This document shows, piece after piece, positions 15,209 to 28,010 of a stretch of DNA of 64,000 bases. This DNA is from Octopus sinensis (lineage: Eukaryota), in contig NC_042997.1 in the NCBI RefSeq assembly GCF_006345805.1, positions 61,380,001-61,444,000 on the forward strand. Direction: 5' to 3'. Both the position numbers and the translations under genes were made by a program. Every line of letters begins with the position of its first letter. The stretch's first letter is position 1. A model generated the notes under the pieces. It saw only the letters and a program-made list of their open reading frames with translations, did not search any database and had not been told where the DNA came from.

Positions 15209-15247
<39 letters not shown>

Positions 15248-16606
15248 TGCCTGCAAAGTTTCCATGTACAAAATTCTTTCACATGGCTTGGTTGGTCCAG
15301 GTCTATTGTAGAAGACACTTGCCCAAGGTTCTGTATAGTGCAACTGAACCTAAAATCATATGATTGCAAAGAAAGCTTCTTAACCACATGCCTTTATTTT
15401 TTGCTTTTGTTATTTCTCTTCCTTACATGATTTTTTTAAAATGTAAACTCAGATTGTATCTTCTTGTACTGTCTTTGACCTTGGGCTATCAGAATCATTA
15501 ACATGCCAAGCAAAATGCCTAGTGGCATACATCTGTCTTTACATTCTGGGTTCAAATGCCACTGGGGTCAACTTTGCCTTTCATTCTTTTGAAGTTGATA
15601 AAATAAGTACCAGTTGAGCATTGGGGTCGACTTAACTGACTTAGTCCCTCCCTCAAAATTGCTGGCCTCGTGCTAAAATTTGAAACTGAGTTGACAGAAT
15701 CATTAGCATGGTGGATAAAATGCTTAGCAGCATTTCAAAGCATTTCATCCATATTTACGTTCTATGTCCAAATTCCACCAAAGTTGGCTTTGCCTTTCAT
15801 CCTTTTAAGGGTCAATAAAATAAGTTCCAGTTGAACACTGGGGTCGATGTAATCAGCTTAACCCCTCCTCTGAAATTGCTGGCCAAAGTTTGAAATCATC
15901 ACCATCATCATCAGTTAATGTCTGTCTTCCATGCTGGCATGTATTGGGTTGTTTGACAAGAGCCAGCCAGATAGAAGACTACACCAGATTACTGTATCTG
16001 TTTTGGCATGGTTTTATGGCTGGATGCCCTTCCTAAAACCAACCATCCCATAGAGAGGACTAAGTGCTTTTTATGTGGCACCAGCACAGGCGAAGTCAGT
16101 TTTGGCATGGTTTTTACAGTTGGATGCCCTTCCAAATGCCAACCACTTCACAGTGTGAACTGGATACTTTTTAAAATATGATTATAACTGTTCAACCCAG
16201 CAGATTTTGTATTTTCTCTGGTTGCAAAGTTCTCAGGCTCATCCACCTCATTATAACACCTTTTTTCTTTTTTCTTTTTAATTCTTTGACGTATAAAATC
16301 ACATTTGCTTAAAATATCTTGCATTGATTTCTTTTTATGCATCTGTGGTGTATGTGCATGTGTATAGATTTGTGTGCAAGACATATATACATACAACATG
16401 TGCATACACAGACATACTTTCTTAGGCTTGCACTACACTTCAGTGCTTCTTCCTTTTTCAGCTAGATCAAATTAAACTTTTAACATATTCCTATAACCAT
16501 ATTCAGCTTCTTCACATGGGTATATATATGTATAATTCATATATTATATCACTTGTATAATGCATATTATATATATATATATGTATATGCATATATGCAT
16601 ATGTAC

Positions 16607-16652
<46 letters not shown>

Positions 16653-16667
16653 TTTTTTCTTTTTCAG

Positions 16668-16919
16668 AGTGATGAAGATCAATAGACTTAGACTTAATAA
16701 CCTACCACAATATTCTACATTTTCAAAGATTTATTCTTTTGATTTCTTCTGTGTTGTTTCTCTTGTCTACAACCTTGGAAATGAAAATCGAGAAATGTCT
16801 ACCTTTCTATTTTAGTTTTGTTTTGTGCACCTACGCATACATTTTTCAGCATTACTACAAATTATTTGAATTTGATACTCTATGCTCTTCTTTTATCTGT
16901 TTTCTTTATTATTTCATTA
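16668..16919 (+). other. Candidate first coding exon (signal-anchor-like N-terminus), possibly of the FAM20B-like gene
   Basis: Strong acceptor tttttttctttttcAG (16666-67). ATG at 16781 gives MKIEKCLPFYFSFVLCTYAYIFQHYYKLFEFDTLCSSFICFLYYFI (basic residues then a hydrophobic run). GTAAGC donor at 16920 is in phase 1. No homology support, and there is an upstream out-of-frame ATG. Confidence 0.2.
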
Positions 16920-17499
16920 GTAAGCAAACATGAATTCAATGTATCAACTGTCTTCTTTTTTATCTTCATTTTTTGGTAACCATATATGGTATCCTATGAA
17001 GTAGACATCACTTTTGGGTAAAAACTGAAAGAATTTTGAGAATACAGAATATGCTGACTTATGAAGTAGTAGTTTGTATTATTTAGTTTTATCTAATTCA
17101 TTGACTTCCAATGTAACCAGATCTAACGAGGCTTTCAAGTTATCTAAAATTATCTCTAATATATATTATAGCCTGGAAAACAGATAGTCAATAGCTGTCA
17201 ATAAAGGTACAAAAAATATTAATAAAGATATTATTGACTTCAGAGCTATCTTATGATAATAGACAGCTAGGTACATTGATTTGTTTAAAGAACAATCTGC
17301 TGCTAGCTATGGCAACCTATGTGATTGCCATCTTGTGATAATGGGACAGCAAAAAATTTGGTAATGATATCATTCAAATATAATGATAGTATTGATAACT
17401 GAAAGGCTTTCTAAATTAATAGCATTCATAGTTTATTTTCTAAGTACACAAGCTCTTTATGTGAAGCAAAACAACTCTATTCAAGAAATTATTATGCAG

Positions 17500-17720
17500 C
17501 CACAATCAACCCCAACCGATTGCTTGATAGAAAATTATTCAGTTCCAAATAGGAAACTTCCAATTCCCTGCATGGGTGACTGCTGGTCTTCCATAAACAA
17601 CTTTGCCCAGAATTGTGCCTCGGAAGATAACTTTCTAGGTGCTATCCTTTTCTGCACCAGTAGTGCCCCAGCTTGGCCACAGCCTAAAGGCTGAAATGTC
17701 AAAGTGGACAACATTAATAA
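17500..17720 (-). mobile_element. Highly degraded RTE LINE C-terminal fragment
   Basis: Frameshifted LGHYWCRK / DST*KVIFRGTILGKVVYGRP resembles the RTE FGH..R...LEK.I..G.I.GKR.RGRP motif. Confidence 0.35.
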
Positions 17721-18916
17721 CACTCCAAAATTGAGAAAATAATTTAAACCAGCCTTATCCCTACATAAGAGGAAGTTTCCAAGAAGAGGCTTATCTCTAT
17801 TGGCTGTTTAGCTCTGACTCCACTAAAAATGTTATCAAATCAATCCAATAATGAATGTTATGGACAAATCTTAATACATCTGTTCTATGCAAATGATTTT
17901 AAAAGATATACAGGAAACAATGTCAAGGTACATGGTCTAGTGGTTTTAGTGTTGCACTCATGATTGCAAGACCATGGTTTCAGTTCTTGGAGTGGGCAGT
18001 GTGTTGTGTTCTTGAGTAAAACCCTTAATTTCACATGACTCCAATCCACTCTGCTGTACATGGGTAACCCTGCAGTAGTCTGGCTTCCCATTCAAGAAGA
18101 ATGGTGCCATCTCAGTCACTTATACACCATGGAAACTGGGCAGCCAACCATATGAGTTCTTGGACTTGAGGCAGTAATGTCCAGCAGTTACCTTTGCCTT
18201 ACAAGAAACAGCACTAAGGTGAAGAACATATTAAAATGGTGTACTTGGATTCAACAGTTATTTAAAAAATAGTTATGGGATTTGTCAAGTAACAAAACTA
18301 CTCTGAGAAGTGGCAAATTATATAAAACTCAAAATATCAAGTTATATTTTAGACTCTAAAACTAGAAAATTTGAACAAAATTATCAGTACACATACTAAA
18401 GTGTAGATGAAACTTTTGAGATATAGTAAAAAGCAGAAAATTAGAATAGAATTTTCTAGAAAACTCTAATATTAAAAGCTAATATTAAATATCAAAGGCA
18501 AATATAGAAATTAGGTTTAAGTTATTCAAGTTATAAATTATAGCTTTCATATTTTGAATTAGAAGTTAAGTGAATTGAAAATGGAAAAAGCAGAAAACTG
18601 CATATTGCTTCCTAAATTTACTGATTTAGATATGATATAACTTCTATGCATATATGAAAGAAGCCTAATACAAATAGAGAATACAGAGTAATCATAGTGT
18701 GTCTGTAAAATATTTTGAAGCAAACAGAAGTAAGTGAATAACTATTATAAGAGAATAAAAGACATTTTGTTATATAAAAGAAAACAATAATATACAAACT
18801 GAAGATTATTTCATATGGAAGACATCCCTTAATAATTTCCATGCCTACTACTGTTTATTAACTCAAAATCAATATATTCTCTCACCATAATCTGGCAAGT
18901 ATTGATAAGAGTAAGC

Positions 18917-18958
18917 TTTATACTGATGAGGTCTAATGAAACTGAAACATGTCTAGAT
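18917..18958 (+). ncRNA. Candidate decayed minimal hammerhead ribozyme (solo)
   Basis: CTGATGA (18923-29), imperfect stem II GGTC-TAAT-GAAACT, GAAA (18944-47), palindromic ACATGT, GUC triplet. Stem I pairs poorly. Confidence 0.4.
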
Positions 18959-20154
18959 TTACTGTATTTGTCAGAGTTGCTTCTCTTCATATACACATGT
19001 TCAATTTTTGTTTTTTAATTTTTAATTTTAGAGTTGTTTTTTATCCTTTTTTGAAAGAAAAGGATCGTTTAATTATGCTGATATGACTGGTACTTTTTTT
19101 TTTTTGTTGATTCTTTAAGGATGAAAAACAAAGTTAATTTCAGCAGGATGTGAACTTTAAAAATAATGAGCTGTGATTAAGTACTGCAGGTTCTAATAAT
19201 TTTGCCAATCCAGTGCCAATGATAATGATAATGATTCTTTACATTGGCATGATGCCTAATTGATATAGCATTATAGGGAAGTGAAAGTGGTGATGTTCAT
19301 ACATTTTAGAAAGGATATTTATTTATGTAATAACTGAAGTTCTAATGATAGCCATAAATACAGAACCATAAACATATAGATGCACCATTTATGGAATTTT
19401 GTGTCTATGCTATCACATTATAATTGAACTGAGAAAAAGAAGAGAGGCATTACTCTAACTGGAAATTTTCCAGGACCATAACCAATATGTCTAAGTTTAG
19501 CTTGCTCATATTGCTATTATTTTCTTTTTGTCTACATTTTATGACATTCATTTAATGCACATGCACACACACACACACACACACACATATATACCTGCAT
19601 ACATATCTACATACTTATGTTCATACGTATGTCCAGAGAGATAGGGAAAGAGGAAAGGAGTCGACTTCTTTAAAATATACATGGTGTGGAATTTATATTT
19701 GTTAGGAGTGATTTTATGTTTCTTTCCAGTGTGTTGTAGGGGAGTTTTTTGTTTTTCCTTTACTGTACAACTGACACCAAACAACTGTATATACTGTATG
19801 TTTATTTATATGTTTTAACATCCATTTTTCCGTGCCTACATGGGTTAGGCAAATACATATTGTGGAAAATACATACTGTTCTACAGCAAGATACTCTTCC
19901 AGCTGCTGTTGCATTTTTTTTCTCAAGTAAGGAAGTTATCGTTTCTTGTATTTGAAAACATAGACTGAATGGACAATGTATTAACAAAAAATGACAAGAG
20001 GGAACATCAACTCTAAGTCATGCAATCATGGAATCTAAACACAGATACCCTTAGATGTGCATACTCACATGTACACATACACAAGCATATGCCCACACAT
20101 ACACCAACACAGACACACACAAATATGTATATGTATGATGGACTTTGTATAGTG

Positions 20155-20637
20155 TAGGGGGTCAAGGAACGTTTTTAACCAATAACCCCAAAATAGATTT
20201 ATTTACACCAACATTATCTGTTTGATTTGAAAGGAAGAAAATCATAGATTCTTTGAATTCAAAAGGTTTATTGACTCTATTTATAGGGAGAAGACAAGTA
20301 TAAATATAAAGAGTATAAAACAAATGCATTAGAATAAATTAATAGCCTCATTATGAAACAAAAGGATTTTTCTGTAAACTTTTGCACTTCAGGTTTTGAA
20401 GAAATGATGTTGACAACACCTTAGTAACCAAATTGTTTGTAGTTCAAAATGGCATGACATCTCCTAGGCACATTCATTACGTTGGATAAATTCAGTGTTG
20501 CCAGAAGAAAATTTTCTGAAATAATAAGGAACACATTTTTTATATAATTTTACTTATGTCTAATGAGTTCCTCATTACCCCCAAGAATTTCATATTTACC
20601 CCACTTGGGGTAATTTAACCCAGTTCACTGACCCTTG
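20155..20637. mobile_element. hAT (Charlie-like) MITE
   Basis: Imperfect ends taggggg-tcaaggaacgtttt and cagttcactgacccttg, with a subterminal tacccc-acttggggta palindrome. Confidence 0.5.
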
Positions 20638-20742
20638 CCTACCAAATTCACTCATTAGTCATTGGTTGGCCAAGGGTAATTATTATAGTTTGATTATTAT
20701 AGTACTATTACACTATTACACACACACTTTCTCTCTCTTCTC

Positions 20743-20795
<53 letters not shown>

Positions 20796-20817
20796 TGCAC
20801 ACACATCTATATGCATA

Positions 20818-22075
20818 CAATGTTGGACAAAATAATGGAAACACCTTAACATTTCAAACAAATTTATTTTGATATGGAGTACGACTGCCTTTCGCAGTAA
20901 CTACAACTTGAATTCTATGAGGTATAGACTCGTACAAAATTTGAATTGTTTCTAAAGTAATTTTTGTCCATTCTTCAGCTAAAACAATCTCAAGTTCTTG
21001 TAGTAATGATGGTGGAGAATATCGACTCTTTACTTGTTCTTCTAAAGTTCACCTTAAATGTTCAATAATACTGACATCTGGGGACTGTGGTGGCCAGATA
21101 AGATGTTCAACTTCACTAGAATGTTACTTGTGCCATTCAGTAACAACTTTAGCTGTGTGAATTGGTGCATTATCATCCTGAAAGATTATGTTTCCCTCCG
21201 GAAACAGTTCCACAACCATAGGATGAATTTGATCAGATAAAATTAGTCTTGGCTATTAATTCTGCCATGAAGGGAAACTATTGGGCTGGCAGATTTCCAA
21301 GATATAGACCCCCAGATCATCACAGATCCTCCTCCATGTTTAAAAGTTGGAAGAAGGCTGTCTGGGTCAAATGCTTCTTTTGGCTGTTTCCACATGTATC
21401 CTCGGCCGGTGGTTGGAAATAAGGTTAAGGAAGACTCGTCCAAGAAAATAACATTCTTCCACTGCCCTAGGGTCCAATTCTGTAGGTTTTTACTACACTC
21501 TAAACGCTTTGCAATGTTTGCTCTTGAAAGTAGTGGTTTTCTGATTGCAGCCCTCCCATGAAATCCAGCTTTGTGCAGCTCCCAATGAACAGTTTTTGTG
21601 GAAACTGGATCCTAAAGGTGGTCATTAAGCTCTGCAGTAATTCTAGGAGCTGTACTTTTGTGATCCTTTCTAACAATTTGTGTAAAAGTCTGACAGACCC
21701 TATCTGAAAGTTTTGGTTTGCTTCTGGAGCATTGTTTCAACGAGTAGTTTTTTTCCCTCTTTCTCAAAATCTGTTATTACTTTTGAGACAGTACTTCTTG
21801 ATACACCAAACATTTTGGCTGTTTTCATTATGCTAATGCCTGTCATACGAGCACCAACAATTTGACCTCTTTCAAAGTCTGATAGATCTGTCATTTTAAT
21901 GAAGTTTAATTACCTTTTTCTGATGATATCTGAAAAGAAACAGCAATTTTAGCAAAACATATTAAGCAACACTAATAATAAGTCAAACAACATAAAAATA
22001 AACAAGCTGTTGACAGTTTTATAGATATTTCAAAATTATGATGCTAGGTGTGTCCATTATTTTGTCCAACCCCTG
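20818..22075 (-). mobile_element. Full-length Tc1 transposon with disrupted transposase
   Basis: TIR core GTTGGACAAAATAATGGA(A/C)ACACC at both ends, TA flanks. Minus frames MTDLSDFERGQIVGARM, FLDESS, KHGGGSVMIWG, FQDDNAPIH, WPPQSPDVSIIEH. Confidence 0.9.
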
Positions 22076-22194
22076 TACATGTATACTGTGTTATCCACAA
22101 GACAATTTGATTAGCAGAGTTTGATCATTGCAGAGTGCTTATAAATTATTCACTTGGATTCTTTAATCTCTTTTACCTTCGTTATATATATATA

Positions 22195-22790
22195 TATAAA
22201 GTAAGTTCTTTTTTAATCTGAAATATACTTTTCTTCATTTTCTACAATGCTTTTCCATCTCTCTGAAAGACTTACAAGGTTGCGCTTCCAAAATTCATTT
22301 GCCTGTGCATAAAATACTCCTCCAGTACTGTTCTGACCTTGTCTACAAAATTCATATTTTTTCCATCCAAATGATTTTGAAGACTGCAGAATAAATGATC
22401 ATCAGATGGGACAATGCCTGGCAAATATGGTGGGTGGAGCATCATTTCCTATTCAAACTGCTTCAGCCTTTGGAATGTCCCTCCTCACTCTATGTGGCTG
22501 AGCATTATCCTGATGGAAGAAACCTTTCCTCTTGAAACCAAAGATGGTAAATTCTCACTGGCACGCAGGGGTTTATGAATGGCTGAATGACCAAATCCAA
22601 GCTTCTCTGCTAGTTCCTCAACAGTTACAATGGGATTTTGTTGCACCAGGATTTGTAGTACATCCTTGTTGAGCTCTAAGATCTTCCTGGATGAAGCTCA
22701 TCTTCTAGGCTGTAGTTTCCAGCTCAATTTCAAAAACCACCATTGACACTGGCTTTCAGAAACCACCATTGACACTAGAAACCATGAATT
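22195..22790 (-). mobile_element. Internally deleted mariner remnant
   Basis: Minus frames: HTH region (LELNKDVLQILVQQNPIVTVEELAEKLGFGHS) joined almost directly to the C-terminus (FHQDNAQPH, HPPYLPGIVPSDDHLF, RWKSIVENEEKY). Confidence 0.75.
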
Positions 22791-23934
22791 AAGTATTATC
22801 TGAGCCTAACAAGATTATCTATGAAGTCACTCAAGCAATATCAATATATGTAATCATGATAAACAATGAACCACAAAACATGTTCAACCTTACAAGTTTG
22901 AAAGACAATACAAAATAATGAGATCCCATGATATAAAAGATTAACAAACAAACATACATATCAAATATCCATCCCCATCTTCAGCTGCCTAGCAGTTGGT
23001 GGTGTGTGACACTGGAATATTTGCTTCGTATTTTGTTATTAAAAGAAGTTAAAAAAAACAATAAATAAAAGAGAAACTGTTTTACCACATGAAACTTAAT
23101 CCCAATTAAAGGAATATCTGAAGAGGGATTAAGTTATTTCCACTGCACAGCTAACTGGGCATATGTCTTCTTCTATAGCCCTGGACTTACCAATGCCTTG
23201 TGAGTTAATTTGGTTGATAAAGGCTGTGTTGTACCCCGTCGTGTGTGTGTGTGTGTCTTTGTGTGTATCCCTTCCATGTCACTCGACAACCAGTTTGAGT
23301 TTGTTTACATCTCTGTAACATAGCAATTCACCAAAAGAGACTGATAGAATAAGTACCAGACTGAAAAATAGTAAGCATTGGAATTAGTTTGTTTGATTAA
23401 AACCCTTCAAAGCATGGCTGCAGTGCAATGACTGAATGATAAAACTTAAGTGTATCCACAAACATAGTCTTTAATGATATAACAGTGCTAAAATAATAAC
23501 TAATTGGTCTGTTATGTTGCTGTCATTTCGTTTAGCTCCAGGCTAGCCCTAAATGAGTAAAAGTATGACTAAAGACATTCCAGCCATGACCATTCCATCT
23601 TTTATTTCTTGTATATCTATATTGTTTAATATGATCTTTTTGATGAGCAGATGTGATGGGTGTTAAATTTGGCAGCTGTTTCTCGAACAGCTAATGCACA
23701 GAACCTTCCTTGTTGATTCAAATTATTTCAATGGTTGTATGTAAAAGATAGCCATTAGAATTTATGAATTAGTGATTGGATAGGAAAGAATTGGACAAAA
23801 GACATTGTCTGAAGCATTCATGCTTACTTTCTCATCTGGCACAACAACTTACATCTCTTTAATTTTTCAGTTATAGATGGTTGTTGCTATTTTGGTTAGG
23901 TCACTCCGAAATGAACAGACCTATGAAAAAAAGA

Positions 23935-26440
23935 CAGGATAAAATTTTTTAACTGCAAAAATAATTGCTAGGGTCTCCTTTTCAATTTGACTTCATCTCT
24001 TCTCTGCCATTATTAGCTAGTGCGAAACATGAACCACTGGTTTTGTACCTGTCTACGTACTTATGTAGTAGAACTGCACCTAATCCATGCTCGGAAGCAT
24101 TAGATGCTACAATGATGTCCATTTTGGGATCATAATGTGCTAACGACAAGTCTAAGATTAGAATTTTTTATTTCTTCAAAAGTGTTCTGGTATTTAGTGG
24201 ACCAACTCCACTTTACTCCTTTTTTTAATAAGTCATTCAATGGAGTTCTTAACTTGTGCATATTAGGGATATAGTTTTGATTATAGTTTGCCAATCTAAG
24301 AAATGCTTGTAAAGTTGGAATATTTGTCAGTGCTGGCATATCGCTTATTGCGTCTACCCTCAATGGGTCAGGACGTCTGCCACTTTTATCAATTTTATTT
24401 AACCAAAGTATTTAATTTGGGGTAGAAAGAATTTTCATTTTTCTTTACTCAAACTGAACTTGAAATCTTTAATTTTCTTAAATACAGCTTTTATGTGTTC
24501 CACATGCTGTTAATGAGAATTACTCTTGATTAAAATATCATTCAAGTACAGGATTTCAAATTCACAATCAGATAACATAGTATCCATGATTTGCTGGAAT
24601 ATTGCTGGTGCCCCTTTTAATCCAAAAGGTAATCATATGTATCTATACAATCCTCTGTGTGTATTTATTGTTAAATACTTTGAGTATTTATCATTTACTT
24701 TTATCTGTAAATAGGCTTCAGACAGATCTAATTTGGGAAAAGTTTTTCCACCATTTAACTTTGAAAAAAATGTCCTCTGCAGTTGGGAGTGGATGGTAGT
24801 ATGTTTTTAAGCAGTTGTTCAAACCTATAGAGAAATTGGTGTACTGCCTAATCTTATTATTTTTTTGTGACACATTTTGCTGTCCATTGCTGTCCATTTT
24901 GAGTACTCCACCTTTTTGATGATTCCACTCTTTTCAAGTCTGTCCAACTCTTCATTTATGGTTTCAGTTGCCATGAACGGTACTTTTCTCTTTGCTCTAA
25001 ATACCGGTACAGCATTTTCATTTACTTGTAAATAAGATTCCATCTTTCTACATAGACCTAAATCCTCTGATAACACTTGCAGGAACATTTTGTTCAATAT
25101 TGTTTTTCAGTTCTTCTGAAGACTTGTTTTTAATGGGACAATCATTTGTGTTATTGTAGTAAAGATTTATTGGGAGGCACCATAAATTGAATAGTTCTAA
25201 TCAATCTGTGCCAAACAGATTGATTATATTATACACAATGAATAATGTTGCTTCACATGTCTCTCCTCAAAATGTGACATCAATACATGTTTTGCCCATA
25301 AAATGTAATTTATCGCCCATTACACTACGTGCTATTTTCACTGTTTTACATTATCTCAATTTGCTAATTGTTTTCCAAGTATCCACATTTATAATCGAGA
25401 TGTCACTATCTATGTCTAACTGTAATTTAGTATTCCCATCATTTATTTTAACGTGCACGAATTTTCTTGTTTTTCTGTCGCATTCACTCTCTACTGAAAA
25501 CACCTTACAATTTTTTGTGTTTGAGCCTCATAGTCTTGTTTTTCAATAAGAACTCCCGTGTCCCAGCTTCTAACAACTATAGTTCTTTTTGCTTTTAAAT
25601 AGACAATCCTTTTTGTAGTGTAGGCCTCCACAACCATAACACAGATTGGGGCCAAACACTTTTTTGATTGTGCTTCCTGGGACATTACATTTGAATTTTT
25701 CCAGTCATTATCTTGTTTTTTTTTTTACATCATGTTTAAGATTTACCATAGTCTGACATTCTTCTGCAATGGTCTATAGAGATAAATCCTGGTGCACTTG
25801 CTCCATTTTTGAAAGAATCCTTGCCTGAATTTCTCTATCTTCAGGTGATATAAGTATTTGCATGAAGATAAGTGATTTGAACATATCCTGAGTGAGATCC
25901 TGGAGTTTTAAATTTTCACACATACGGATGACTACTCTGGCTTAGGTGATAAAATGAGGAATATCATTTTTTGTTAAGTTCCAACACTCCATTCTTGTGT
26001 TGAATAATGAACCTTTCTCACAAAATATTTTTGAAAGCAGTTCTACAGTTTCTTGGAAACCAATCTCACTTGACTTTTTGAGCAGAATAAAGTTACAGTA
26101 ATGCTCATGTTCAGCAGTAGCTACCTTGCATAGTAAAAGCCTTACTTTCTACTTTTCTAACAATATGATCAAAACAAACGGCAGTAACCACTTGTAACAT
26201 AACAACAATCTTTTAAGAACCAACATACTTACTGAAACTGTAAACTTTGAACTACCAACACACAAACTGTGGAACTAGCATGAACTCTTTTCTTTATTAA
26301 ATCACTCAGGCTTTATACAAAGAGGGGACAGCACAAGGACAGACAGAACACCACAATGAGGAGAAAAAATACAGGACAAAAGAATGAAGGACGAACAATA
26401 ATAATGAAGATAAAATAGCTACGTGCTCCCCACTCACAAG
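23935..26440 (-). mobile_element. Degenerate Ty3/Gypsy (K02A2.6-like) gag-protease-RT-RNaseH remnant with LTR-like 5' segment
   Basis: Minus frames: knuckle CYGCGGLHYKKDC (25641-25603), protease-like LDIDSDISIINVDTW, PVFRAKRKVPF..INEELDRLEKSGII, LPFGLKGAPAIFQQIMDTML, YLNDILI, LQAFLRLANY, DASEHGLGAVL. LTR-like segment with AATAAA at ~26270-26440. Confidence 0.85.
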
Positions 26441-26459
26441 CAGTATCATTTAAATGTTT

Positions 26460-28010
26460 TAGTTTAACATTTTTAATATCATTTTTTTCCTCTTTTTACA
26501 TCTGTTTTACAGTCATTAGAATTTCAAACATTTACTTACATTTTTTTTTTACCATTTTATGTAAGGCCCTCATAAACTCCACATGTACTCCAGTTGGGTC
26601 TATCCTATTTCCATACAATTCTCTCAGTCTTGCACATCTCTCCTTGTCAATTGTAATTGCCTTGGTACTCTCTGGCTAGTATTCTGTTGTTAGCTTCACT
26701 CTTATTACCGACTTCATTTTCATTATTTTCTTTTCAATCTTCGTGCTTTTCGCATAAATCACCATATGCCACTTATTTTGGTTCTTTTTTAGTTACTTGT
26801 TCCTGTGGTCCCACTTGATTTTCCATGTTGGCTTCTCTTGTTGATGTTGTTGGGACCTCATGTCATGTCTCTTCCTATTTACTTTCCTTCCTTTTCTTTA
26901 ATGGACTCTTTGGTGGTGAGTCCATTATACCTTCCTTTTTTTTCTATTTGCCACTGTATATTCCTCCTCCACATTCTCCGGACACTTCTCACTTACTGGG
27001 GCCGTCACTTCAGCCCTCTGCTCTTGCTTGGTACCCTGTTACTGCTGTTCCTCCACACCTTTATCTTCTTTCTGGGAACACCTTGCTCTCATGTGTCCCC
27101 TTACTCCACACTGGTAACAGGTTGGAGGTCTTCCCTCCACCACTACTCTCAATCTCACGTCTTCCAGCAGTATCACCCCCTCCACTATCTTGTGTAAGTC
27201 TTGTAAACTGACTTGGATGGCACTTTTATCTCTTTTGTCCTCGTTACTTTTAAAACTTTTACGTCCTACTCCATATTATTCATAATAGCTGCTACCAGCC
27301 ACACCTCCTCAATATCTGGGGGTACTCTGCCAATCCTTACCCTGGCCACTCATTTGCCACAGTAAGTTGGCAGAATTACCCACTCTGGTGTCCTTAGCGC
27401 CACAGTGGAGTGGTTTATCGCTTCTTGTTCACTAGTGAACCTTACCTCCACTGTGCTGTATCTTCTCCCTCTGGTGTAGAATGTTGTGAGACTTTTTACC
27501 TCCTTCAAACATTCCTCTATGGATTCCACTGTGGCTATTTCAATTCTTTTCATTGCCGTGAACAGTGTTCTATATACTACTGTTTGCTTCGTTACACTAG
27601 CTGTAAAATCTTGTGGTGGGGTCAACCTCAAACTGGTTCCCTCCTTCTTGATTAATCCATTGAACTCCTTCAACTTCCTTTGCTCCATCTTCACCTCACA
27701 AACCTATAATATGTCTGCAGTTAAACTTCTTCCTGTGGCTGAAGCATAGCTGCCAGCTGGAACTGGTTCGTACTCCATTCTTTTTTTTTTTCTCTACTTC
27801 ACCCATAAATGGGGAAGAAAAATATAAAATCACAGGCAAAAAACAGCAACTAACAATTCAACAATGAGGTTCAACAATTAGGCTAACCCTTACGGGAGAC
27901 CTTCAGCAAATAATTAACAATGTAACTCACATCTAACAGGGATCAAAAATGATTAAACCAACAGCAAACAGAATTAGCATGAACTACCTCACTTATTCAG
28001 ACCGCTACTA
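26460..28010 (-). mobile_element. Retroelement remnant encoding only an ORF1/gag-like protein with a CCHC knuckle (ATG at 27778, in-frame stops)
   Basis: MEYEPVPAGSYASAT...VEVRFTSEQEA...LRTPEWVILPTYCGK*VARVRIGRVPP...VVVEGRPPTCYQCGVRGHMRARC (CX2CX4HX4C at 27119-27078), then an E/K-rich tail. No endonuclease or RT follows. Confidence 0.65.

Noticed and set aside
14893-15387. Longest ORF in the track (156 aa) and other HT/VC/YI-rich ORFs
   Set aside because: They are read-throughs of SINE bodies and (CA)n/(TA)n microsatellites.
27983-27991. let-7 seed-like match (actacctca)
   Set aside because: Only 9 nt, no precursor hairpin, and it lies inside a retroelement leader.
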